Shown: positions 11,305-24,388, numbered from the whole stretch's first letter. The stretch: 63,444 nucleotides of DNA, filler included, from Reclinomonas americana ATCC 50394 (GCA_048213135.1; 15 parts of 15 records of this genome joined end to end with filler, not necessarily neighbours in it); one strand, 5' to 3'. Program-made: numbers and translations. The notes: generated from the sequence alone by a model not told the origin.

Positions 11305-14300
11305 GATCTGGGCCCACTGATTGGCATGCTCATGGACGATGTGGTGGCATCGCGTGGTCTGTGGTGCGGGCCGGCGACCGAGCAGCTGCTGGAACGCGTG
11401 TGCGATGCCATGTTGCACTTGTGCCATGCGCGATCGATGGCGACGGAGCTGAGCCAGCAGTTTCTGCGTGTGTCGGTGTTGGTGCATGCGCTGTTGCAGC
11501 GAGAGGCGCTGGTTGCGATGGCGTGGATTCCGCCGTTGACGGTGCCATTGGCTCTCGACTTGCTGGAGGTGGCGCGCGCTGGCGATGAACATCAAGCGTG
11601 GCTGCGAGTTGGTATGGCGGATGTCAGCAGGAGAAACTGAGAAATGGTTTGACTGACGTTGGTGACGATGGCAGGGGTGGCCGATTTCTCCGCCATGCGA
11701 TCCACGCTGCAAGAGGCCGTGTCCGAGAGGGCGATCTACTTGAGCAAAGGGTTGGTAACTTGAGAGTTCGTTGCTGTCCTCCTCCCCGTCTTCAGTACGT
11801 TTTCCTCGTCTTCGCCAATCCTCTCATGTCGCTTATTCGCCGCCTCTGTCTCTTTCTTGTCACTTGTCTCTCTCTCATGCCCCCGTTCTTCCTCCTCCTC
11901 GATCAACATTCTGTTTCCAATCCTCGCCTGTCGTCTCTCCATTCTCACGATTTACACTTTTATCTCGTTTCGCGCTCGCTCCCCCGTCACCTTTCGGAGG
12001 TCCAATTCGTTCTCTTTCCCCCTTTCGTCCTTTTTCCTTCTGTCGGACGTTGCGTACGCCGAGACGACGGAGGCCAGTCGACACCAAGGCCGGAGCCGTG
12101 CCAATCGAGGTCACAGAGCACCACCAGCTCGACCTTGGCCTGATAGCTTGATTGCCTTGACCAACGAGTCGACTCCCTCGGCATTGTTCTCTTTACCACA
12201 TCTCTTTGTGTGCCCCCTTGTTCGCTCTCTCCTCTCCGATTCCCCTTGACTTTGTGCTTCTTCCCTTGCCTCACACATCTCGTTTCCATTATTGCTCTCC
12301 CCTTTTCCACTTCACATTTCCTTTGTCACTTTGCCTCACAACTCCCGTCTTCGTTTCCCCGCTCCATTCTTTGCCCCACTCCTCCTTCCTGTCGCCCTTT
12401 CTTCCTCTGCCTCACAGCCCGCATCTCCCTTCCTCCCCCTCCCCCCTTCCCCATTCCCCCTTTCCCACCCTTCCCTTTCCCTTCCTCTCCCTCCCCCCTT
12501 TTCCCCTTCGCCAGCTACCAATCCGGCCTCCACCAAATCACCCAACCAACCACCGAACCCCTGGCCTCCAACCTGTGCCTCGAACTGGCACAGCGCGTGA
12601 CCACCCTCGCCGCCCGCTCACTCTCCGCGTGTGGCCGCACTCTCCTGCAGCAGCACTCTGACGGCCCGTTGGCCCAGCAGGTGCGCCAGTTGTGCGCACG
12701 GCTGCGTGAGACGCCGACGGCGTGTCCAGAAGGTGCATTTCTTTGTTGGACCGTCCTGCTTATTCTTCGAGTCTCTCACCTTCGCGATGCACAGTGGCAC
12801 TGCTCGATGTGCTGGAGGGACCGTGGGACGAGGAACCCGCTGCTGCACCTTCCCTTCCGTCACCACCGCAACCGCAGCCATTGGTGGTTGCACCAGTTCT
12901 GCCTCCTCGCGCTCCGGAAACCGTGAATTCCACGACGACAACTACGACGACCACCTCTATCGCAGCTGCTGCTGCCCCTTGCAGACATGCGGGCGAGGCA
13001 TCTGCACCACCACTGACAATGGTAAGAAGGTGATACCTCGTCTCCCTCAGCATCCACTCATTCACGAACGCAGGAGAGCGCTCTGTTGTCGGCACTGGTG
13101 CTGGTGCGCACGCACTTGCGAGCGTGGGATCGAACTGTGCGTCACGGCATGGGTGTCGTCCGTTTATCTCTCCGGCTTCTGATACCCGACTCTCATCGCA
13201 GGTCTTCACCGAGCTCTTCTCGGATGACCCAACACAGCGCAATGCACTGGATATGCCGAGACGCGGCGATTCAAGTCGAGTGATGTGCTCGCAGTCCTCT
13301 CTTCCAAACGTCCTCTCATCGAAGGATCGTGCCTCGCAGATGATGCACTTGTTGCCGCCCTCATGCAGTTCTTTGTCGGGTGGATACGGCAGGAGCGATC
13401 GGCGGCTGTGACAGCGGTGGAGACGCTGGTGTGCTGTGAGGACTTCCGCAAGTCACCGTCGTTGAGGTTTGCTGCTGTCACCGGCGAGCATGCTTGTGTG
13501 TCGACTCACCGCGCTCCCCCCAGCATCGAATGGCTGCGCCACATGCAAGCACTGTGGGATCTGGTGGCCCCGCATCCGGCTCTGGTCAACGCTGCGATGC
13601 GTGGTGCAGCAGNNNNNNNNNNNNNNNNNNNNNNNNNNNNNNNNNNNNNNNNNNNNTTAATTAATTAANNNNNNNNNNNNNNNNNNNNNNNNNNNNNNNN
13701 NNNNNNNNNNNNGCCAATCGCAACCGTGCGGCACTCCCAAAGTCCTCTCGCCTCTCACCTGGCATTCACTCTGCTGCTCGCAGGCCCATGCACTCGTGGC
13801 TGGTACCCACAACCGACACGGCCGATCTCGGTTCGCTGCGCGCCAATCTGCTCAAACTGTTCAACACGGTGACGCAGGCGGCGTCGGCCGGTGCTCGCAC
13901 GCAGCATTTGCATCGATCGCTGCTGCAGGTGAGGGCGTAATCGTTCTCAGTATCGGAGTCTCCCTTGATGTCTCCCTCATTTAATTGCCTTTCACAGATG
14001 TTCCTGCAGTCTCCCGTCGAGGTCATGACGCAGCTGCTGACCGACGCGTTGCAGAAGCGAGCGCAGACGACGGTCGTCTGTCAGTTGCTGGTGCATTTGC
14101 CACCGGTCACCGTCAATGGTTTGCCCGTCGTTTTCTGCAGTGTCTTTTCCTCACTCCGTTCGCCCACCTGCTTGCCTTCGCACAGGAATTCCTCTTGTTC
14201 TGCATGCACTGCGCGCCGTAATCGAGTCGTCCACCGCCGAGTCGATTCCAGCCGATCGTGGAGAGCAGATTGTGCGCAACAGTGTGCATCTGGTGGAGGG

Positions 14301-16310
14301 ACTGCGCACGCAGGTCTGTATGCGAGGTGATCTCATACAGCACTCCACACCCTCATCTTGCTTTGGTACACAGGTGCTGGTGTCCGACATGGCCGCCACC
14401 GATTCTCGCCTTCTCCAGCTGCTCTTTGTCCCGTGGTGTGAAACCGCGGTGGAGTTCTGGGAGGCGTCGCCTGATGTAGACTGCGAGGCGCCACCGCCAC
14501 CTGCCCTCCTCCTGTTTCAAGTGGCGGAGCGCTGCGTCCACGCCTGGCTATTCGCGCTCGAAACACCGGCGGTGTTGAGCGAATTGCGCAACACGCACGC
14601 CCTCTGTCTCCTCTTGTTGGTACTGGCTCGCATGGCCGACTTGCGGTGCGCGCACTCATGTATGCCTTTTCATTGTGGCCTGCGCTTCTCACTGTTGAGT
14701 TTTGCAGCTTTGCGGTGGACAGCTCGCAGCTGCCAGCGGCCTGGTTCAAGGCCTCGGTCGACGCGGCTGATCTTTTGTTGGCGTGCGACGACTGCGTATC
14801 GTCGCTGTTGTGGGAGCATGGTGCGATGTGCATCCCGCCGCTCTCTCTCCCACCCTTTCCGCGCCACTGACAAAGCATCGCACGCAGGTGACCTGCTATG
14901 GGAGCAAAAGGCGATATCGTGGACCGAGTATGTTGACGCCTTTTACGCACTGGGTCTGCTTAATACTTCTTCCCCTCATCCTCTCTCTTCTCCCTCGCTC
15001 ACTTACTCTGTGTCATCTCCAGACTGGCGAGTGCAGCTATGTGTGGCACAAACGACCACGGCGCTGACACCCGACACGGATGTGCAAGGGGAAGACGACT
15101 CGGCGCCTGCGGTCGGCAAGTGGAGCTACACCGGTCTGCACAGCATGGTCGATGCCGTGTCCGTCGACGACTTTTGGACAGTTTCGCAATGTTCTTCGCA
15201 TCTCTCGTGCCCCATTCACCACTCAATTCCTCCTCTCCACTGCAGCACGTATCGCTGCGGCAGACCTCACATGACGTCGAGCTGACGTGTGGAGTCTCAT
15301 CGGCCAGCCGTCTGCCTGCCGTGCAATTCCTTGTCACCCTCTGCGACTACGCTGTGTGCTCGGAGGACCTGTCCAAGGCGGTGAAGGCGCTGCTCACCGA
15401 GGCAAGTGTGAGCGCGCGGAAGCAGTGGAAACACACGCCCTCCATTTGGTACACGCTGGTGGCCCGTCTGTTGCCGGTTGCGTACCGCAAGTCGATGGAA
15501 CGCGCAACTCGCAACCAGTTTCAGCGGCTGCTGGAGACCACACTGCCGGCCCTCTTTCGTGCAGTGGCATTCACGAACGCTGTGCAGCCGACCGGCCCGC
15601 CCGCAGTGCTTAGCGAGTGGTTGGAATCTCGCTTTCCGTGGTGGGTCGGCAGTGTGCTGCAGAAGACGTGGATTGCGCTCTCCATGAAGGTCGACATGCC
15701 GTCGTTGGTGGAGCTCTGCTCACTCATCAGCACCAGTCGAATGGCCACGCGCATGTTGCTGCTCATCCTGAGCGACTCGAGTTGTGTTATGACGGCAGGC
15801 AAACCATCGATGCCGTCCCGCAACTCACTCCAATCACCTGGCACAGACTCCTCGCTCGCCGTGCTGCAGCATGTGGTGTCGTCGTATGTGCAGGCCATCA
15901 GCAACCTGCATCGAGTGATCACAGACGTGCGATCATTCGAGCCGTGGACCGCAGCCGCGTACGCCATGGTGTTTGTCGATGTGCTGGTTGCAATTCCGTA
16001 TGCCAAGTGAGTCGTTTTCTTCAGCTTTGCCTCTCCATGGTTTATCCACTCATGCTCGTTCATAGACATCCCGACCTGGCGCAACAACTCTTTGTTCTCG
16101 CATCCAACTCGGCGCAGTCGCAGCGAGTGCTCGGCAACGTCTCCGATGTGCGTTCTTGAACTCTTCGATATCTGCTACTCCCTCCTCATCGCTCTTGTCT
16201 TCCAGCTGGCCGCCGACTATTGCAGTCAGCGTCTGTCGGAGATGGGCGACGCCATTGGCGCAGAGCACGAATCAATGCTGCGCTCCTTCCTGCAGCGAAC
16301 TCTTGCCTGA
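11305..16310 (+). CDS. Large multi-exon Leu-rich, alpha-helical hypothetical protein (5' end missing; spans the gap at 13613)
   Basis: Chain of GC-rich exons joined by short GT-AG introns (DLGPLIGMLMDD..., VFTELFSDD..., ...EHESMLRSFLQRTLA*). HEAT/solenoid-like composition; family not recognised. Confidence 0.6.
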
Positions 16311-16760
16311 CGCAATAATGAACACGTAGCATGCATATCTGCACCTCCACACCGCTCTTGTCCCGTTCCCAGCACGAGTCGATGCTGCGCTCCTTCCTGC
16401 AGCGAACTCTGGCCTGACGCAGTAATGAACACGCAGCATGAATCTCTGCACCTCCACACCGCTCTTGTCCTCTTCCCCCCCATTGGCGCTGTTGATGCTA
16501 CGCTCCTTCCTGCAGGCCTGACGCAGTAATGAACACGTAGCAGGAATCTTGGCACCTCCACACCGCTCTTGTCCTCTTTCCCACATTGGCACAGAGCACG
16601 AATCGATGCTGCACTTCTTTCTGCAGCGAACTCTGGCCTGACACCCAGCAATGAACACGCACACCTCCACACCACTCTTCCCCCATAGAGCACGAATCGA
16701 TGCTGCGGTCCTTCCTGCAGCGAACCCTGGCCTGACACCCAGCAATGAACACGCAGCATG
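16263..16760 (+). repeat. Tandem repeat (about 5 copies, 95-120 bp) made of the last codons, stop codon and proximal 3' UTR of the upstream gene
   Basis: GAGCACGAATC(A/G)ATGCTGC...CTGCAGCGAACTCT(T/G)GCCTGAC...AATGAACACG recurs at about 16263, 16371, 16490, 16594 and 16688. Confidence 0.9.
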
Positions 16761-17158
16761 AATCTCTTTAATTCCTTAAGCTGCGGACGCAAAACAAAAA
16801 ACAACACACACACATCTCCCGTCGCCACAAACATGAATTTAGATGCAAACACAGAAGGCCCGCCCTCTAACATACGACCGGGGCGCAACCGCACCATCAC
16901 CGTGTCGCGTCAGAAGAGGAGGAGGAGGTGGCTGAAGCAAGGAAACACGCAGACCAAAACAATTACTACAAAACAAAAACCCCTCTCGTTACTGCTCTAG
17001 CACTTGGCCTCGGCCTTGCCCACCCGCCACACCACTCCTCTCTCTTCCTCCGCCTCACACACCAACACACTCCCCTTTTCTTGACCTAAACGAATGAATA
17101 CTCAAAACACTGCACATGAATTTCTCTCTCCCCCACCCTCCACTTCTGTACAGGCCCA

Positions 17159-18631
17159 TTAGTAAGCAGCCCGAATGCCGGGCCGTGGCACATTGACCGG
17201 TACTGACTCGTGCGCCAGTTCTGCCATATCGGACAGCGCCGATGTGGACGAAACACGCAGCATTCCGCTGCGTGCTAGCCTGGGGCCGCTTTCACGAGCT
17301 GCCGCCGCATCATGCGCCGCCCCCACCTGATCCTCGTCGTCGTCGTCGCTCTGCGGCAACGTGCTAAAGCACACGCTGCGCGTGCGGCGAAGCGTCGGTT
17401 TCGCCTCCCCCGCTGGCTTGCTCGCTTTCGGTAGCAGCGTGGCCCACATGTCAAAGGCCACCAGCCGTTTCCGAATCGCTGCGCTGTACTGCTCCTTGCC
17501 GTCAGCCGCCGGCACCGCCGCTGCTGCTGGGTTGGGCGACGAGGTCTGTCCGGCCACACCGGCGGGCGACATGGCCGCCGTCGCCGCACTTGGTCCCACC
17601 GACGACGAGCCACCGGCGGCGGCGCGAATCAGCGCCATCGTGTTCAGTGAACCGAGCGAACCCATGTACGACGACGCCGACTGCAGCGACGACTGTGCCG
17701 ATACGGGCATTCCAGAGTCACCGACGGCGACGGGCGTCGCCGCCGAGCCGCCGCCGCCACCACCAACCGCGGGACTGCCTACCGTACAACCACCACCGTT
17801 TGGCGACGTCGGCAAGCTGTTGCGATGGCGGTGCATGATGAATGAGCGGCGACGCGTGGCCGGCACCTCCACAGGCCTCAAGTCCGTCAACTGCTCCTCC
17901 TCCGCGTCCTCCTTGTCGTCGATGCGGTAGCTGCGTCGATCGGTGCGGAACCACCAACGCGGTGGTGGAATTGCCGCATCCAGTGTTCCGCACGAACCCA
18001 TGCCGGCCAGAGACGAACCTCCCGTGGTCGACAGCTGCGCAAAGCTGCCGGTGCTGCCCATGGAGGCGGCGGCAGCGGCGGCCGCAGCTGCCGCGGCAAT
18101 GACTTCTGGCCGCAGCGGTGCCACCGCAGCGTCGTCAAAGTTGTGCGCATCCACTCGCCGTACCAGGTGCAAGAATCGGAGCGGCACAGGCCGTCGATCA
18201 GGGGGTGGCGGCGGTGATGGTGGTGACATTTCGGCCGGTGATCGCCGGCTGGCTGCTTCAGCTCCAGCCGATGCCTTGCCGGCAGTTGCGTCACGCTTGG
18301 GAATCGAGAGCGGAGGTGGCGGCTGTCGCGACCCCGGAATCATCAATCGCCTCGTGCTGTCGCCGTCGACCGACGCCTGCTGCTGCTGCTGTTCTTGGGT
18401 CGGCTGGTACTGAATCAGTGATGGCGTCGAGGTGGTTCTCTTCATCTTCTCCACGGCAGCCGCCCGCGCCGCCGCCATGGAGGGCGGAATGCTGCTGTAG
18501 TTTTGCGACTCCACCGGCCGCACCGCCTGCTCCGACGACGGCACCGAGCCGTCCGTGGACGCGGCCGTGGAGGTCGACGCCGTGTTGCCGCTGAATGCAA
18601 AGAACTTGGTGGCAGTGCCGGCGGCGGCGGT
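17159..18631 (-). CDS. Ser/Ala/Pro-rich low-complexity hypothetical protein, terminal exon (5' end truncated by gap)
   Basis: Uninterrupted frame of more than 460 codons, with short ordered-looking islands (PPPRWWFRTDRRSYRIDD, IRKRLVAFDMWATLLPK). Stop at 17159. Confidence 0.65.
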   Translation of the reverse strand, partial: TAAAGTATKFFAFSGNTASTSTAASTDGSVPSSEQAVRPVESQNYSSIPPSMAAARAAAVEKMKRTTSTPSLIQYQPTQEQQQQQASVDGDSTRRLMIPGSRQPPPPLSIPKRDATAGKASAGAEAASRRSPAEMSPPSPPPPPDRRPVPLRFLHLVRRVDAHNFDDAAVAPLRPEVIAAAAAAAAAAASMGSTGSFAQLSTTGGSSLAGMGSCGTLDAAIPPPRWWFRTDRRSYRIDDKEDAEEEQLTDLRPVEVPATRRRSFIMHRHRNSLPTSPNGGGCTVGSPAVGGGGGGSAATPVAVGDSGMPVSAQSSLQSASSYMGSLGSLNTMALIRAAAGGSSSVGPSAATAAMSPAGVAGQTSSPNPAAAAVPAADGKEQYSAAIRKRLVAFDMWATLLPKASKPAGEAKPTLRRTRSVCFSTLPQSDDDDEDQVGAAHDAAAARESGPRLARSGMLRVSSTSALSDMAELAHESVPVNVPRPGIRAAY

Positions 18632-18749
18632 NNNNNNNNNNNNNNNNNNNNNNNNNNNNNNNNNNNNNNNNNNNNTTAATTAATTAANNNNNNNNNNNNN
18701 NNNNNNNNNNNNNNNNNNNNNNNNNNNNNNNGGTACGAGTACGTAGTAG

Positions 18750-18830
<81 letters not shown>

Positions 18831-19008
18831 CAGTGTCGAGTGCTATCCCCTGTGTGCCTTGAAGCGAGTGAGCGTGTGAAGAAGAGAGAGGGCGCGACTC
18901 AGACACTTGTCATCAAGTTGTTTGAGAAAGCGTGTGTGTTGTTGAACTCGACGAGAAGCAACAGCAAGTGGCACAGTACCCTCGTTACTATCATCATCAT
19001 CTGTATTC

Positions 19009-22000
19009 ATGGCGAGTGGAAGCGCAGCGCATGAGTTTCGTGTCACAGTAACATCTGACGCCTTCTTCTCTCTTCTCTCTCTCCGCTGTGTCTCTCTCGT
19101 CATGTATACACATACACACACACTCTCTCTCTCTCACGTGTTTCCGCACCTCACACTCCTCTCATGCAGTTCCCAGGGATGGATCGATTTTGTGGGAGCC
19201 GTTATGCGACTGTGCACTCGCGCATTGCAGTGCAAAGTGGAGCAGGTGGTGCCGGCGTTTGTCGACTCATACTTGAGCGACGGAGTGAACCATGTGCGCG
19301 AGTGGCTGAAGTCGCCAGCGGAGAGAGATGTGCGGTAAGTCTCTTTCTCTTTCTCTCTCTCTCTCTCTCTTCTCTTTCTCTCTTTTTGTATCTCATCCGC
19401 TCTCTTCTGCTGCTTCTGCGACTTACTTCCATCTCTCTTTGGTTTTCGCAGCACCATGCCCGACGGAGAGGGCGCATACGTGCAGCTGTCGGAGGCAGAT
19501 CGCGAGATCATGAGCCGTTGGCGATGCGGAGTGGATGACTGCCGATCATTCAGCACCTCGCTGTGCTTCTCGGTTCTCCTCAACGCTGGTCACCGAGATC
19601 ACTCGCGAGCGGCACCGGACTGGCTGCTGCCTCTTGACAGCGACGTGGTGTGTTTGGTCAAGCTGCTCTGCGCTCTCCATGCTTATTCATCACCTGACTG
19701 ACGGCGCATCGTGTTCGCAGAGGGCGGCCATTGCGCGACTTCGAGAAGTGTTCGACTTGTTGTCGCGAGAGGCGCACGAGATCCTTCCGTCTCTGCTTGG
19801 ACGAGGTGTGCAAGAGGGCGAGTTGCACGAATTGATCCGCCGATTGCTGGTGGGTCGGGACGAGACCGAGGAGCTTCTGCAGCAACTCAATGATGCACGA
19901 GATGGTGCGTTTGTGCAATGTGATGCTCTTCCTCAGCTTGCTTGTTGTGCCGAGTGTGACAATTCTGTTCATCGCGGTGCAGGTGCTTCTGGCCCGCCTG
20001 CATCGTCATCCTCGACTGCAGTGGTCAATCTTGTACCGGAGCGCACGCAGCCGGTTTCCCCGTTGGTTGCACGCACAATCAATCCCGTCGAGACATTCCG
20101 CTTTCCAAGTCGTCGTGCTCAAGCAGAGCAACTGGCGTCACGAATTGTGACGGCTCTTGATGGTAAGACCACCAGTGTCTCTATCACGTGTGATATGAGG
20201 GACTCCTCGCCTCACTGTGTCCGTGCAGCCAACAAACGCACGGTTGTGGTGGTGACGGGGGCGGGTGGCAGTGGCAAGTCATTTTTGGCCGAGCTGATTG
20301 TGACGGAGATGCTGGCGACACAATCGTGGGACGGGTCGGCAGTGTCGGTGGAGATGCGCGGTCATGTCGGTGATCCGAGTGAGCATACACAGGTGCGATT
20401 GCACGTGTGTGTCAGCGACTGTCAGATGATTTCTGACATCATTCATTCTTCTATGCCGCAGCCTGTGCGTGATCTGGAAGTGTGTCTGCGTGCATTTGTT
20501 GCCGAGCAGATGCGAGTGGATGCCGGCGCGGGTGGACGGATGGCGAGTCAGGTGGATGCACTGGTGGCTGGTGGTGAAGTCACCCCGATGCATCGTCGAG
20601 TGCGGCAGCTGATGGAGGCATCCCGTGGTGTGCTGGTGCTGGACAATGGGGGGTCTCTGGAGCAAGTGCGCAGTGTCATTCGTGATGTCGGTGGAGCCGA
20701 TCGAGGTTAGATGTGCGCCGTTCTCTTGTTCTCTCTCTGCTCGCCTGATGCTGATCGTGTGATTGTAGGTTCGCGTGATGGACTTGTTGCGCCAGTGGTG
20801 ATTGTCACCAGCCGACACGGTCAGCTAGCGAGTCAACTGCGGGACTCGCTGAGTCACTTGGCGTCGGTGGAGTGTGTGCGACTCACTGATGTGGAGAACG
20901 ACGACATTGTGGAGTTGGTGGAGGATCAACTTGGCGATTGCGTGTCGGCTGATGTGCGGCAGCAGATTGAACGAGCGGTGTCGAGTGGTCAGTGCAGTGC
21001 GCTGCAAGTGAGTGCATGTCTTGGGTGAGTGATGTGTCGAGTGCGTGATGCTGAGGAGACTTGCGTTGGTCATCAACCTTTGCGTTTTATTGTGTCGCAC
21101 AGATGGCTGCTCACGCGGTCGCCCGTTGAGCTGGTTGGTGTTGAGCTTGAGGAAGTATTGCAAATGATAAGCAATGACGCGCTGCCGGATCTGCTGGCGC
21201 GCAATGTGCTGTCGCAGTCAAGTGCCGCACGACGGATGCTGGTGTCGATGACGGCATGCAAGGAACTCGGATTAACTGTGACGCCTGCTCTGTTGCGAGT
21301 GTGTAGTTGCATTTTTGCGAGTATCCCCGACATAGCTGTTGGCGAAGCAGAATCGGCGGGAGAGGCTGCTGAGGTGCGGAGGGCGAGAGAGTTGTTGGAG
21401 GATGAGGAGATGTCGAGTCGGTTCGTGGAGTTGGGAGATTGTGTGCGACGGGTGCGCATACACGTGAGGGCGAAGGAGCGGCGGCAGAGGGCACCCGATT
21501 TTGTGGGCGCAGAGCGACAGTTTGAGGAGATGGATGCAGTGCAGGAAAGGGATGTGTGTTCTCGAATGCATCGTCTGCTCCGCGGTGACAGTGGCGACGT
21601 GGTGGACGCGGATGGTGTGATGATGGCGTTGTGCAATGCGAATCTGGTGACGGTGAGTCAAACGGCGAGCATGAACAGTGTGGCGCGAGTGCTTCTCTGT
21701 GAGCCTGATGAGAGTGAGCATGTGGAGTATCGAGTGCACGACGAGATCAGCGGATGGATTGCTCGCACAGCTGGTCTTGTGGTGGCGCGAGCGCAGACTG
21801 CTGTATGTCGGCTGCTGTGTTGCATGCTCGTTGCGATCGACCCTGTTTTTGACAGTGAGAGCGTATTGTTGGTTTTGCGAGATGTGCTTGGTGTGTTGGA
21901 AATACTGTGGCGGCGACTGGCGACTTGTGATGCAATGTGGGATGGGGTTGGAGTGCAGACGCACATGCTACAGTGTCTTGCCGTAGAGTGGCTGGCATGG

Positions 22001-23212
22001 ATGGTCGCTCTTGACAAGCTGCCAGCCCGTGGATTTGCACATGATGACGCAGAACGGCTTCTTGAGCGAGTGAATGCGAGGCGTGGCGTCGACTTGGCGG
22101 AGTCACCCGAATCACGGCATGCAGTTCTTGTTGAGTGTCAGTGTCGCGCTTGGCTGTTTCGCATTCTGCGCCAACAAGATGAATGCAAGGTTGCATGGAC
22201 CAAGGCTCGTCAGTTGTGTGACCAACAGCTTGAGGCAACGGATGGTGCGCAATCGGTGTTGGAGACTATTGACTCCCTGCGATGCTTGATGTACAGCAGT
22301 CGTTACTCGGATGACACCGCGGCACTTTCTCGATGCTGCGAGCGGCACCGTACTGTTTTTGGCGAGCGCCATCTTGGATCTTTGCTTGCGCTGAGTTGGC
22401 ACGCTTCGCTAAATATTGGCAAGAAACAATTGCAGGAAGCTGAGGCTTTACTCGGGCGATGCTGGGAGGGGTATCGGCAGCTGCATGGTGATGATCACCC
22501 TGAGACGCTTGTGATGATGAGCAATCTTGCAGCCTGTCTGCATGACGAGGGGTGCCTCGAGGAGAGCATCCAACTCAGCCGTGACTGCCTTGCTCTGCAA
22601 CAGAGAGCTCTTGGTGGTTGCCACAGTGCCGTGCTTCGGTCGATGCTCAACATCGCTGTTGGGCTCATGCTTCAAGGGGCATCCGAGCCACTGGCGGAGG
22701 CGGAATCGCTTTTTTGGGAGTGCCTTGCCGGGCAACGGGAGGTTCTCGGTGACAAGCACGACATCACACTGTACACGATGTACTACCTCGGAGTGTGTTT
22801 GCTCGATCAGATGAAGCTGACGGAGGCCGAATTGGTTTTCCGACAGTGCCTTGCGGGACGACGGGAGGTTCTCGGTGACAAGCACGAGATCACGCTGGTG
22901 ACGATACATGATCTCGGAGTGTGCTTACTGCAGCTTGAGATGCTGAAGGAGGCCAGCGATCTGCTCGCTGAGTGCCTTGCAGGGCGACGCGAAGTGCTTG
23001 GTGACAGAGACGAGAGTACGCTCGCATCGATGCATATCAACGGGGTATGCCTGATGAACCTGGGGCAGCTCAACAACGCCGAGAGGTTGTTGACTGAATG
23101 CGTCGACATGCGCACTTCAATGTTTGGCGAATCGCACCCGCATACCATGGCCTCCTTGAGTTGGCTTGACGAATGCCGTCGTCGGATCCGGGCTCGGGAG
23201 CAGCATCCATGA
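19009..23212 (+). CDS. NLR-like STAND P-loop NTPase with C-terminal TPR repeats and a putative HEPN-like N-terminal domain
   Basis: Walker A VVVVTGAGGSGKS (20258-20281), Walker B-like VLVLDN (about 20630-20647) and sensor-like VIVTSR. C-terminal 42-aa TPR repeats of kinesin-light-chain type (LxEAExLFxxCLAGRREVLGDKHxxTL) at about 22350-23180. Start codon is tentative. Confidence 0.8.
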
Positions 23213-23349
23213 TGCGTACGCGTAATTTCCGACGTTTTTCTTCCCTGCCTCAAATTATTGTAAAACATTCGTTTGCGACCCTTTCCTCCGCCGCACTAAT
23301 GCATTCCTGTCCTCTCCCCCACCCTGTCCCACTCAATCACTCACCATCG

Positions 23350-24388
23350 ATGCCCAAAAAGAAAAGCGAAACCAAGGAGGCCCGCGCCGCCCGCGAGGAA
23401 CAAAAGGAGGCCAAGCGCCAACGCAAGAAGCTCCGCCGCCTCGCCCAGCAACAAAAGCAACTCGAACAACAACAACAACAACAACTTCTCCAACAAGAAG
23501 ACGGCTTCAACAGCAGCAGCACACGCTCGCGCTACGTCACCCCGCGCCAACTACACAAGCGAAACAAGAAACTGCTGGCGAAACAACAGCAACGCGAGCT
23601 GCAACGCCGAAAGTACGAGGGCGGAGGCGGTGATGTGAATGTGCACGAGGGAGGACGACATGGCCGCCACGCACGCGTTCGCTCTCCACAACCACCAATG
23701 CCGATGCAGCAGGACGAGGACATGCCATCGCCGCCACCACCGCCACCAGCGCCGTTGCCGCAACGCGTCGACGTCGACGTTGACGATGCGTGGGACTTGT
23801 GGCCACAGGCGCCTCTCGGTGTCTACACACGCTCCGCGTATGGCATCATTGAACGGCCACTGCTGCACATTGACGAGTGCGAGGGCAACTGCGAGTGCCA
23901 TCACATGCCGGGCACGCCAATGCGAAATTTCTTCTCGGTCATGCGCAAGTTTGGGTGCTGTGCGGGCGACGATGCTGTCCCGCTGCCGATGCCGCCGCCG
24001 ATCCCGTTGCCGGTTGCCGCGCCGGCGAGGGACACAGGACGCGTGTCGATGGCGACCATGTTTCAGCAGCAATTGGTGCAGCAGCAGATGCAGGTGATGA
24101 TGGGGGGAGGCGGAGGCGGGTGGGCGGACATGATGTATGTGCCGCCGACGGTATTGGGCAATGGGAGGCGGAGGCGCGAGGACGTGGATGATTATGAGGA
24201 TGATGTGGAAGTGAGGGAGCAGCAGCCGCCGTTGAGGCGGAGGAAGCAGGAGCAAGAGGAGCTGGAGGAGCTGCCGCAGATGAATGGGCATGCCAATGGG
24301 GAGGAGGCGGAGGAGGCGAAGAGGGTGAATGGCACGGTGGCGGAGGAGGCGGAGAAGGAGGAGGGCGAGAGGAGGCGGCAGGCGGAGG
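23350..24388 (+). CDS. Lys/Arg/Gln-rich N-terminal exon of a hypothetical protein, possibly the 5' part of the first DUSP11-like gene
   Basis: ATG 23350 MPKKKSETKEARAAREEQKEAKRQRKK (NLS-like) runs open to a GTGAGT donor near 24389. A gap separates it from the phosphatase exons. Confidence 0.55.
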
